From Patescibacteria group bacterium (GTDB lineage Bacteria > Patescibacteriota > Patescibacteriia > Patescibacteriales > UBA12465): DNA of 43,548 nt. The translations under genes and the position numbers were made by a program. The stretch covers positions 1 to 43,548 of the forward strand of contig JBBQHF010000001.1 of NCBI GenBank assembly GCA_038323715.1, given 5' to 3'. A model generated the notes under the pieces. The model made no database searches and was not told the origin of the DNA. It worked only from the letters and a program-made list of their open reading frames with translations. Shown piece by piece: positions 8,097-17,130 of this stretch; position 1 is the first letter of the stretch, and every line of letters starts with the position of its first letter.

Positions 8097-8941
8097 AAAT
8101 GAATTCTTGCATTTATAAAATTAAAATCGATCATGTTAGAGTTAAGCCTCAAAAAAACTCATTCAGTTATGGGGGTTATTTTGTATATTTAGACCTGGAT
8201 GAGCTGGCCGAGATAAATAAAAAATATTTTTTGTTTGGCCTAAATAAGGGAAATCTTTTTAGTTTTTATGACCAGGATCATTTTCAGTTCATTCAAAATA
8301 AAAATAAAACATCCGACATCATTTTAAAAGAGAAGGTTAAATATGACGCGCACAAGTATGTTGAAAAAAATACTAAAGAAAGAATTAAAATCATGATAGA
8401 TGATTTGGGGCTTGGTTTTGAATTGGGCAGTGTTTTTATTCTAACTAACTTAAGAAATTTTGGGCATATCTTCAATCCAGTAAGTTTTTATTATTGTTTT
8501 GATACCGAGGGTAAATTTAGAACATTGTTTAGCGAAGTTAATAATACCTTCCATGATCAAAAGATGTATTATGTAAAAATAGATAATCCTAATGGTTTAT
8601 TTTTTGAATCTAAGCAGAAAAAAAATTATTATATTTCGCCATTTACCGGAACTGAAAATACGCTCCATTGGAAGTTTCAACTACCGACTGAATCGCTTTT
8701 TATGAGTATAAATTCCTTAAAGGACAATGGAGTGGAACTAACCACAGTCTTGAGAGGGAAGCGGAAGGAAATAAGTAATTTTGCTTTTGTGTATTTACTT
8801 TTTAGATACCCTGCATATACGGTTATGATTGTTTTTAGAATACATTATCAAGCATTAAAACTATGGCTTAAGAAGGTCCCGTTTAGCGAAAAAGCTGAAA
8901 CTGATGAAAAAATTGTAAACAATATAAATAAAAATACATGA
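8093..8941 (+). CDS. DUF1365 family protein (UfaO-like)
   Basis: HxRxxP, FNPVSFYYC, EVNNTF, YISPF, IHYQALKLWLK; ATGA overlap with the upstream gene. Confidence 0.92.
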   Translation: MKMNSCIYKIKIDHVRVKPQKNSFSYGGYFVYLDLDELAEINKKYFLFGLNKGNLFSFYDQDHFQFIQNKNKTSDIILKEKVKYDAHKYVEKNTKERIKIMIDDLGLGFELGSVFILTNLRNFGHIFNPVSFYYCFDTEGKFRTLFSEVNNTFHDQKMYYVKIDNPNGLFFESKQKKNYYISPFTGTENTLHWKFQLPTESLFMSINSLKDNGVELTTVLRGKRKEISNFAFVYLLFRYPAYTVMIVFRIHYQALKLWLKKVPFSEKAETDEKIVNNINKNT

Positions 8942-10155
8942 TAAACATATACCAAAAAATATTTTTTTTATTATTTAATAGCAAAAATATAGAGGGCGTT
9001 TTAGAGTTGGATATAGATGGTAGAAAGCATAAATTAGGCAATGAATTAGTATCGGGAAAAAGAGATAAGATTTCTGGAATTGAAATTAAAATATTAGATA
9101 ATAGATTTTTTAGAAGGGTGATTTTGTTTGGCGACATCGGTTTTGGTGAATCTTTTTTTAAAAAATATTTTTCTACTAGTAATTTAGATGATGTTTTAAA
9201 ATTTTTTATTCAAAACAGAGAACATATTCCAGGCTTTAATGCTAAAAATCCTTTATTTTTTTTGTTTGAGTGGACAAAGAGCTTGTCTCGCGTATTGCAT
9301 TTATTAAATAAAAATACAAAAAAAGGAAGCAGAAGAAATATCAAAAAACATTATGATGTTTCTAATGATTTTTATAGTCTTTGGTTAGATGAAACAATGG
9401 CATATTCAGCCGCTATTTTTGAAAATGGTCTTGACTTAAAAGATGCTCAAATAAATAAATATAGAACAATTTGTGATAAGTTGAAGTTAAATAAAAACGA
9501 CCATCTTCTTGAAATTGGTAGTGGTTGGGGAGGCTTTGCAATTTTTGCTGCTAAAAATTATGGTTGCCGAATAACCACAATTACAATATCTAAAGAGCAA
9601 TTTTATTTTGCAAAGGAAAAAATTAAAAACGAGGGCCTGGGAGATAAGATAGAAATAAGGCTAGAAGATTATCGCGATTTAGACGGCCAATATGATAAGA
9701 TAGTTTCCATTGAGATGATGGAGGCCCTGGGGAACGAATATGTTGGGCTATTTGTAAAGAAATGCCATGATTTGTTAAAGATGGAAGGGCTAATTTGTTA
9801 TCAATGCATTACTTTCCCGGATAAACAGTTTAAAGATTATTTAAAAAATAATAATTATATAAAAAAATATATATTTCCTGGCGGAGAATTAATTTCTATC
9901 GCTCAACTGAAAAAGGAAATAAAAAAGTTAACAAATCTTTACGTGCTAGACATAGAGAGTATCGGTCTTGATTATGCTAAGACTTTAGATTTGTGGAAAG
10001 AAAATTTTGTTAGGCAGAAAGATAAAATTTTAAAACTCGGTTTTGATGATGAGTTTTGTAAAAAATGGTTGTACTATTTTATTTATTGTAAAGTGGGCTT
10101 TGAAACTAGATATTTAGATGATGTTCAGATTGTAATTCATAAAATTGAAGCATGA
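8938..10155 (+). CDS. cfa: Cyclopropane-fatty-acyl-phospholipid synthase family SAM methyltransferase (Cfa/UfaM-like)
   Basis: HYDVSNDFY, MAYSAA, LEIGSGWGG, DYRD, SIEMMEA, YIFPGG. Confidence 0.92.
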   Translation: MINIYQKIFFLLFNSKNIEGVLELDIDGRKHKLGNELVSGKRDKISGIEIKILDNRFFRRVILFGDIGFGESFFKKYFSTSNLDDVLKFFIQNREHIPGFNAKNPLFFLFEWTKSLSRVLHLLNKNTKKGSRRNIKKHYDVSNDFYSLWLDETMAYSAAIFENGLDLKDAQINKYRTICDKLKLNKNDHLLEIGSGWGGFAIFAAKNYGCRITTITISKEQFYFAKEKIKNEGLGDKIEIRLEDYRDLDGQYDKIVSIEMMEALGNEYVGLFVKKCHDLLKMEGLICYQCITFPDKQFKDYLKNNNYIKKYIFPGGELISIAQLKKEIKKLTNLYVLDIESIGLDYAKTLDLWKENFVRQKDKILKLGFDDEFCKKWLYYFIYCKVGFETRYLDDVQIVIHKIEA

Positions 10156-10958
10156 ATTTGAATTATCTTAAAAAAATAAAAAAAGTTTCAAGTTTAAATA
10201 ATAGCTCTATTTCATATTGTCCGGAACGTGGTGGAATCATCACCTCTATAATTTTAAGGGGTAAGGAAATATTATTTTTTGATGAAGGTACGTTTTGTGA
10301 TTTATCAGTTAATGTTCGAGGTGGTGTTCCTATCCTTTTCCCTAATGCCGGAAAATTATTAGAGAGCAACGTATTCCCTAAATTAAAACAGCACGGCTTT
10401 GTTAGAGAGAAAGGTTGGTTAGATGATGTGGTCGAAGATGGTTTCAAGGAAACTTTAATTGCTGATTCTGAGACTAAGGCTTTATATAATTTTGATTTTA
10501 AACTTGCTGTTGGTGGGAATTTTGAAAGTGATGAATCGGTTACAATAAGTTGCGAGATTGAAAATTTAGAAACAACCCGAAGTATGCCTATCTCTATGGG
10601 CCTGCATCCTTATTTTAGAGTTTTGGATGAAGAAAAGAAAAATATTAAATTTAATTTTTTAGGCGGAGAAGAGGTCGCTAGCAAAATAGACGTTTGGTCT
10701 AATGGCGGCACGGTCGTAATTGATAATCCAAAATTAAAATTTCCAAATGAAAAAATTGAAATAATAATTCCCGATTTAGGCTCTTTAATTTTAGATATTT
10801 CCCTGGAGTACGAAAAAATTTGGGTCTGGTCTTTGCCCGGAAAGAATTTTATTTGTGTTGAGCCAATGATGAGAGCTTTAAATGGCTTAGTTGATAGGCC
10901 TTGGTTATTAAAAGCGCAAGCAAAATTATCTTGTTTGATAAATTTGAAGTTACTTTGA
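10152..10958 (+). CDS. Aldose 1-epimerase / galactose mutarotase-like protein
   Basis: RGGVPILFP, QHGFVR, GLHPYF, FICVEP. Confidence 0.88.
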   Translation: MNLNYLKKIKKVSSLNNSSISYCPERGGIITSIILRGKEILFFDEGTFCDLSVNVRGGVPILFPNAGKLLESNVFPKLKQHGFVREKGWLDDVVEDGFKETLIADSETKALYNFDFKLAVGGNFESDESVTISCEIENLETTRSMPISMGLHPYFRVLDEEKKNIKFNFLGGEEVASKIDVWSNGGTVVIDNPKLKFPNEKIEIIIPDLGSLILDISLEYEKIWVWSLPGKNFICVEPMMRALNGLVDRPWLLKAQAKLSCLINLKLL

Positions 10959-12731
10959 CTCCTCTGTGTCAGAAGTTAGCATTAACCATAATTCTTCTTT
11001 ATCGTTTATTCTTCTTTTTATTTCTTCAAGTTCTTCTATTTTTTCGGATCGGTAATCGCTGTAATGCTCAAGGAAGTAGGCCATTAATTCATTTTTGTAA
11101 GCATGCATTTTTTCCAAGTCTCTTTCTAGGACTTGGATTTGTTTTTGCTTAGCCCTATTTTCTAAATATTTTTCTCTATCGCCACTTTTTGATTTAATAG
11201 CCTCGTCTTGTTTGTTTATTTTATTTTCTGAAGTTTTTTGCCATAATTTTTTTTCCAGTTCTGCCACGTATTCTCCATAATCTTCGTGTCGTCTCTTTGC
11301 TTTGCCTTCAGCTATTTCAACAATACCGGTTGACACTAGACTAGAAAACGTTCTGTCATGGCTGGCAAATATTATTGTTCCGTTGAATTTATTTAAACCG
11401 TTAGCTAGGGCTTCGGTAGTTTCAAAATCAAGGTGACAGGTAGGTTCATCAAGAATTAAAACGTCGGGCTTAGATAGAAGTAGCCCGGCCAGCAAAAGAC
11501 GAGATCTTTCGCCTCCGGATAAGACGGAAATTTGTTTCTTTAATTCTTCATCTTTAAATAAAAAATCTCCAGCCATTTTTAATACGGCTTCTGTCTTTAA
11601 CTCCGAAGAAGCTACGCGCCTCAAAAAATCTCCGGCTTGTTCTTGCTCGTTCATGTTGTCTATTTCTTCTTGGCCGTGATAGGCGAAATGGGTATTGGCG
11701 GAAAAACGAAAAGATCCTCTAAGTGGTTCTATTTTTCCAGTTAAGGTTTTGATAAGAGTTGTTTTGCCTTGGCCGTTTAGCCCTAAGATAGCTAACTTTT
11801 CTCCAGCCCGACAATCAAAATCAATTCCCTCAACTACTTTTTTATTTCCATAACCAATATCAAGATTGTCTATTTTTAAAGCGAAATTTTTTCTTTTTTC
11901 AACTGGAGGAATCGTGATTCTGGTTATGCCCGCTTTATGTTCTATCGTTATCCGTTTTTTTTCCATCTTATCTATTTTGCGGATAACGGCTTGGGCCTGC
12001 TTAGCCTTAGAAGATTTATAGCGAAAACGATCAACAAATTCTTGCCAATGTTGTTGTTGTCTTTCTAGGCTTTCATTTGCTTTTATTAAAGTGGATAATT
12101 TTTGTTCTTTAAAGGCGAGGTAAGATTCTATGTTACCCGGATAATGATAGCAGCCTGTTTTTGAGATTTCTATTGTTTCCTTGCAAGTACGTTTTAAAAA
12201 TTCTCTGTCATGAGAAATAATTAAGAAGCTTCCTTTATAAGCTCTCAAATAATCCTCAAGTAAAATAAGGGTGGTCAAATCTAAATAATTGCTGGGCTCA
12301 TCAAGTAAAAAAAGATTTGGCTCTTTAAGTAACATACCAGTTAATCTCAAGCGCATGCGCCAACCACCCGAAAGACTTTCCGCCTTCTGCTCTAGTTTCT
12401 CTTTGTCTAATTCAAATTTACTGGCGATTTGGCACGCTCGCCATTCCGGTTTGCCACTTTGACGGATTAGGTATTCAAGGGCACTCTCTTTCTCGTCCCA
12501 ATCAGCATTTTGCTTTAGATAGCCGATATTTGTTTCTTCATTTATGATTATTTCGCCATTATCAGCTTTTTCTTCGCCGGTTATAATCTTAAATAAGGTT
12601 GATTTTCCGGCGCCATTTTTACCAATTACCCCAATTTTTTGTTTTTCAGATATTGCAAAAGAAAGGTCGGAGAATATTAAATCCCCGCTATATTCTTTGC
12701 TTAAATTGCTTACCTGTAGAAGTATAGGCAT
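10950..12731 (-). CDS. ABC-F family ATPase
   Basis: Two NBDs (GKNGAGKS/LSGGW/LLDEPSNYLD; GLNGQGKT/LSGGE/ILDEPT), interdomain linker, no TM segments; likely start 12731. Confidence 0.93.
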   Translation of the reverse strand: MPILLQVSNLSKEYSGDLIFSDLSFAISEKQKIGVIGKNGAGKSTLFKIITGEEKADNGEIIINEETNIGYLKQNADWDEKESALEYLIRQSGKPEWRACQIASKFELDKEKLEQKAESLSGGWRMRLRLTGMLLKEPNLFLLDEPSNYLDLTTLILLEDYLRAYKGSFLIISHDREFLKRTCKETIEISKTGCYHYPGNIESYLAFKEQKLSTLIKANESLERQQQHWQEFVDRFRYKSSKAKQAQAVIRKIDKMEKKRITIEHKAGITRITIPPVEKRKNFALKIDNLDIGYGNKKVVEGIDFDCRAGEKLAILGLNGQGKTTLIKTLTGKIEPLRGSFRFSANTHFAYHGQEEIDNMNEQEQAGDFLRRVASSELKTEAVLKMAGDFLFKDEELKKQISVLSGGERSRLLLAGLLLSKPDVLILDEPTCHLDFETTEALANGLNKFNGTIIFASHDRTFSSLVSTGIVEIAEGKAKRRHEDYGEYVAELEKKLWQKTSENKINKQDEAIKSKSGDREKYLENRAKQKQIQVLERDLEKMHAYKNELMAYFLEHYSDYRSEKIEELEEIKRRINDKEELWLMLTSDTEESK

Positions 12732-12855
12732 ATATAGGAATATAATAGGCCAACCAAAGATTAAAGGCAATATTACGCTTGGAAATGATTGGTTTTTTGG
12801 TTGATTAATGATAGAGTATTGTTTACAATGTATTAAGTGAACAAAGCTTTAAATT

Positions 12856-13158
12856 ATGTCTCAAAATGGAATAGTAAATTATATAGTTGTTTTTTTATTA
12901 ATTATAAATGTTATTGCTTTTCTAATAATGTTTATTGATAAAAATAAATCTAGAAATTCCGATTTGTCTAGAATCTCTGAGGGGATGATGTTTTTTCTAG
13001 CTTCCGTTTTCGGTAGCTTTGGAGTTTACTTGGGAATGTTTGCTTTTAGACATAAGACTAAAAAATGGTATTTTTTAGTTGGCGTTCCCTTATTAATGCT
13101 TCAAAATCTCGCTTTTGCTTATTTGTGTTATTTATTTCTTTCTAACCAATTAAACTAA
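12856..13158 (+). CDS. DUF1294 family membrane protein
   Basis: 'DKxKS...RISE...GSFG...GMFAFRHKTKKWYF'. Confidence 0.9.
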   Translation: MSQNGIVNYIVVFLLIINVIAFLIMFIDKNKSRNSDLSRISEGMMFFLASVFGSFGVYLGMFAFRHKTKKWYFLVGVPLLMLQNLAFAYLCYLFLSNQLN

Positions 13159-14450
13159 TGTCTATTAATACTAAATTCGGTTTGAAACCCGGACAACTGA
13201 TAGGGTCCTTAGCTATTATGCTCGCTGCTTTATTTTGGAGCATTGATGGTTTATTTATTAGACCAAAGTTCTATATATTGCCGGCCGAACTAGTTGTTTT
13301 TTTGGAACACTTTTTGGGTTTTATAGTCTTGAGCCCATTTATTTTCTTATCTTGGCATAAAATTAAATCCTTGAGCACTAAAGGCTGGTTGGCCCTTGGC
13401 TGGATTAGTTTGTTTGGAGGGTTGATAGGGACTATTTTTATTACCAAAGCTTTTTTTGCGGCGATGGACGGAGAAGTTAGTTTTTCTACTGTAGTTATCT
13501 TACAAAAATTACAACCAATTTTTGCTTTGCTACTTGCGCGGATGATATTGAAGGAAAAGCTTAACAAGAAATTTTATGTTTGGGCGCTAATCGCTATTAT
13601 CGCTGGTTATTTTATTGCCTTCGCCAAAACAGGCTTAGACATTTTTTCTATTAACTGGTTGCACAATGGTGCTTTGTTTGCTTTTATTGCCGCTTTTGCT
13701 TTCGGCTCTTCTACGGTTTTTGGAAAAAGAATCTCCAATCATCTTGATTATAAGGCGGTCGCCGCTCTTCGCTTCGGGTTAACTTCTGTTTTAGCAATTA
13801 TTTTAGTATTGTTAACCGGGGCATTTAGAAATTTTGGTTCTGTTAGCTCAACGCAGTGGGGCCTCTTAGGAATTATAGTTTTGACTTCCGGCGCGGGCTC
13901 AATGTTTATTTATTATTTTGGCTTACGCCGCATTCCTGCTTCATCGGCGACGATTCTTGAACTTTTTTGGCCTTTTTCTACGATAATATTAGATTATATA
14001 TTTAATCACAATTATCTTAATTTTACTCAACTCGTTGCCTTAGCGGTATTGCTATTTGCTTTTTATAAAATTTCTTTTTTAGGTAAATTGAAAAAAACTA
14101 TTTTTGTGGGCAAGGTTATTCATGGCCAGGGAAGAGGAAAATTATTAGGCTTTCCAACGGCTAATTTAGATAAAGTTGATTTAGATATTTCTCATGGAGT
14201 GTATGCAGTTAAAGTTTTTTTTGACGGAAAGACATATTTTGGTTTGATGCATTTCGGATTTAAGGATGTATTTAAGGAGGAGGTTTCTTTGGAGGTTTTA
14301 ATTAAAGATTTTACTGGTGATATTTATGGCGAAAGTTTAGAAGTTGAAGTTATAGAAAGAATAAGAGATTTGCAAAAATTTGAAAACCCAGAATTGCTGG
14401 TAGCAGCAATAAAAGATGATTTAAAATTCTTTGACTCTAAACCATTATGA
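13158..14450 (+). CDS. DMT/EamA transporter fused to a C-terminal riboflavin kinase domain
   Basis: ~10 TM EamA region (QKLQPIF..LARMILKEK), then GKVIHGQGRGKLLGFPTANL, GVY, LEV, DFTGDIYG, RIR...KF. Confidence 0.88.
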   Translation: MSINTKFGLKPGQLIGSLAIMLAALFWSIDGLFIRPKFYILPAELVVFLEHFLGFIVLSPFIFLSWHKIKSLSTKGWLALGWISLFGGLIGTIFITKAFFAAMDGEVSFSTVVILQKLQPIFALLLARMILKEKLNKKFYVWALIAIIAGYFIAFAKTGLDIFSINWLHNGALFAFIAAFAFGSSTVFGKRISNHLDYKAVAALRFGLTSVLAIILVLLTGAFRNFGSVSSTQWGLLGIIVLTSGAGSMFIYYFGLRRIPASSATILELFWPFSTIILDYIFNHNYLNFTQLVALAVLLFAFYKISFLGKLKKTIFVGKVIHGQGRGKLLGFPTANLDKVDLDISHGVYAVKVFFDGKTYFGLMHFGFKDVFKEEVSLEVLIKDFTGDIYGESLEVEVIERIRDLQKFENPELLVAAIKDDLKFFDSKPL

Positions 14451-15685
14451 AATATGATTTAGTGATAATTGGTGGCGGGCCATCCGGGCTTATGGCCGCT
14501 TTGCAGGCGACGGAAGCGGGTGCCAAAGTTTTATTGTTGGAAAAAAATTATCGTCTAGGAGTTAAATTGCTTGTGACCGGCGGCGGTCGTTGCAATATTA
14601 CTAATAATATTCCCGATTATCATTTGTTGGCGCAAAATTTTGATGAAGGCGCAAAATTTTTATTATCTACTTTTAGTCGTTTTGGTGTTTTGGAAACTAT
14701 GGCTTTCTTTGAGAGTCGCGGCCTTAAATTAAAAACCGAAAATGATAATAAAGTTTTCCCCGCCAGCGATAAGGGAGCTGATATCCTTAAGGTCTTTATA
14801 GAAGGGATAAAAGATGGGGGTGGAAAAATAAGGACGAATAGTATAGTCAGCGATTTAGAAATTGTGGATCAGAAAATAATTAAGTTGATTTTGGATGGTG
14901 GTGAGGAAATTTTAGCTGATAATTTTTTAATTGCGACTGGAGGTTTGTCTTACCCAGCTACCGGGTCTAGTGGCGATGGTTTAAAATGGTTAAAAAAAAT
15001 TGGTCATCATGTAATAAATACCAGGCCCGCTTTAGCGCCTCTAATCGTGAGCGAAGAATTTGTCAAAAATTTAGAAGGTTTGAGTTTGGAAAATGTAGTT
15101 TTAAATTTGTATTGTGAAAATAAAAAGATTGCTCAAGAAAAAGGCTCGGTCATTTTTACCGCCCGTGGTCTTAGCGGCCCAGCGGCTTTAAACATTAGTC
15201 GCTATGTTGATTTTGGGTCTTCTAAAAATTGGCGCCTGGAAGTAGATTTACAGTTAGATTTTTCTAAAGAAGAATTAGATAAAAAATTAATTAGTTTATT
15301 TGCTACTAGTAACAAATTCTTAAAAAATAATTTGGAAAATTTGTTGCCAACGCGTTTAGCGGAAACTATTTTGTTATTATCAAAAATTAATCCTGAACGC
15401 GCGGCAAATTCTTTAAGTAGAGCTGAGCGCCAAATTTTAGTTGAAACTATAAAGAGTTTTCAGCTTAATGTGTTGCGAGTTGAGGGATATGACAGGGCGA
15501 TGGTGACCGTTGGCGGAGTTGATTTGAAAGAAATTAATCCCAAAACTATGAGATCTAAACTCATTTCTAATTTATTTTTGGCGGGAGAAATTTTAAATAT
15601 TGCTGGACCGACTGGTGGCTACAATCTTCAGGCCGCCTGGAGTACCGGGTTTGCGGTAGGAAACGCAATTAATGCTGAAAAATAA
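14447..15685 (+). CDS. HI0933/YhiN/BaiN-family flavoprotein
   Basis: GGGPSG, TGGGRCNITN, ATGGLSYPATGSSGDG, GLSGPA, GPTGGYNLQAAWSTG. Confidence 0.93.
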   Translation: MKYDLVIIGGGPSGLMAALQATEAGAKVLLLEKNYRLGVKLLVTGGGRCNITNNIPDYHLLAQNFDEGAKFLLSTFSRFGVLETMAFFESRGLKLKTENDNKVFPASDKGADILKVFIEGIKDGGGKIRTNSIVSDLEIVDQKIIKLILDGGEEILADNFLIATGGLSYPATGSSGDGLKWLKKIGHHVINTRPALAPLIVSEEFVKNLEGLSLENVVLNLYCENKKIAQEKGSVIFTARGLSGPAALNISRYVDFGSSKNWRLEVDLQLDFSKEELDKKLISLFATSNKFLKNNLENLLPTRLAETILLLSKINPERAANSLSRAERQILVETIKSFQLNVLRVEGYDRAMVTVGGVDLKEINPKTMRSKLISNLFLAGEILNIAGPTGGYNLQAAWSTGFAVGNAINAEK

Positions 15686-15721
15686 TAATCCTGTTGCTAT
15701 TATTTTAGTTTGTCGCTCTAT

Positions 15722-15750
15722 TTGACAAAATAGAGCTTTTTTATTAAGAT
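15722..15750 (+). promoter_or_regulatory. Sigma70-type promoter for purCE-purM
   Basis: TTGACA(15722-15727)-17 nt-TAAGAT(15745-15750). Confidence 0.65.
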
Positions 15751-15807
15751 AAGACGATTCTTTAACAATTAAATTTTCGTTAGTATTAACCAATAAATTC
15801 TTTAAAA

Positions 15808-17112
15808 ATGAAGAAAAAAGAAGAGTTGTATCGCGGTAAAACCAAGGCGGTTTTTGCGACAGATGATCAAAGTGTAGTTCTATTGCAGAACTTTGATGCT
15901 TTAACTAAGTTTGACGATCCTAGCCAAACTAAGCAAATGACAGGTAAGGCCGTTCACGCCACCAACACAACCTGTAACGTGTTTAGATTGCTACAAAAAG
16001 CTGGAATTCCAGTGGCGTTCAGAGAGCAAATTTCGGAAACGGAATTTACAACGGAAAAGTGTACTATGATTCCGCTTGAAGTAATTGCCCGTCGTTATGC
16101 GGTGGGTAGCTATTTAAAGCGTTTTCCTGGATTGGCTGCTTCTTCCGGTGAAACTCCAAAACGTTTTCACCGTTTAGTTTTTGAATTGTTTTTGAAAACT
16201 ACGGGAAAGGTTATTAAATCTTTTGCGGGCGAAACAATCGGCGAGGTGTCAGTTGAAGACCCATTTATTGAACTGAGCAAGCTTGGTGACATATTCCATT
16301 TGTGCAACCCGAAGCTTCCCAGTTGGGAAGATGGCCATGATTTAGCGGTTGACGTTAATGCAAATTATATTTTGCCCGATGTTGAAGGCCGGAGTTATTT
16401 ACCCCAAATTGAGCAAATTACCAGAAAAACGTTTCTTCTGTTGGAGGGCGCCTGGAGTCAACTCGGGTTTCGTTTAATTGATTTCAAGATTGAGTTTGGA
16501 GTAACGAGTTCCGGGACATTGGTTGTTGCTGATGTTATTGATAACGACAGCTGGCGCTTGCGGACTTCAGATTGGGAAGAAGTCTCCAAACAATGTTTCA
16601 GAGACAACGCGAGCATGGAAGAAATTGGTGACAAGTATGCGATGGTTAGTAAGCTGACCGACTCTTTCCGTTTGCCAAAACAAAAAATTGTGATTTGGCG
16701 CGGTTCTCAAAACGATTCCAGTATTGAAACAATTTTTGTAAAAAGTGCTGGAATTACCGGAGAGGACATAGTTGTGTCAGGGCATAAATCTCCGAGCGTT
16801 TGTCTTCAGACTTTGGAAAACATTCTTAGTAGCTCTCCTGAGGGAGGCGTTATCATTGCGATGGTGGGCATGAGTAATGGCTTGGGCCCGATTCTTGCCG
16901 CGCGTACTAGTTGGCCGGTAATTACCGTTCCTCTGACAGCAGCTGAAAATTCCATTGATATATTCAGCAGTTTGAATGTTCCCAGTAACGTGCCTTTACT
17001 GACCATTATCTCTAAAAAGAATGCTTTATTGGCGGCGTTGAATATTCTGGCGCAGAAAAATCCTTACGCCTATATGTTGAGGCAGTATGACCTTGAAAAT
17101 TTGGATGTCTAA
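15808..17112 (+). CDS. purC: Bifunctional SAICAR synthetase / class II AIR carboxylase (PurC-PurE fusion, PAICS-like)
   Basis: LYRGKTK, MIPLEVIARR..GS, DFKIEFG, ADVIDNDSWRL; C-terminal SGHKSP, GMSNGLGP, PSNVP. Confidence 0.9.
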   Translation: MKKKEELYRGKTKAVFATDDQSVVLLQNFDALTKFDDPSQTKQMTGKAVHATNTTCNVFRLLQKAGIPVAFREQISETEFTTEKCTMIPLEVIARRYAVGSYLKRFPGLAASSGETPKRFHRLVFELFLKTTGKVIKSFAGETIGEVSVEDPFIELSKLGDIFHLCNPKLPSWEDGHDLAVDVNANYILPDVEGRSYLPQIEQITRKTFLLLEGAWSQLGFRLIDFKIEFGVTSSGTLVVADVIDNDSWRLRTSDWEEVSKQCFRDNASMEEIGDKYAMVSKLTDSFRLPKQKIVIWRGSQNDSSIETIFVKSAGITGEDIVVSGHKSPSVCLQTLENILSSSPEGGVIIAMVGMSNGLGPILAARTSWPVITVPLTAAENSIDIFSSLNVPSNVPLLTIISKKNALLAALNILAQKNPYAYMLRQYDLENLDV

Positions 17113-17130
17113 CTAAAAAAAAATCATGCG

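Noticed and set aside
5474-10958. Lipid operon as a bounded genomic island with a distal att site
   Set aside because: I saw no third copy of the tRNA 3' repeat and no integrase; horizontal origin remains possible but is not shown
12771-13157. FMN riboswitch upstream of the EamA-riboflavin kinase gene
   Set aside because: Short AT-rich intergenic region and DUF1294 coding sequence; no RFN consensus visible
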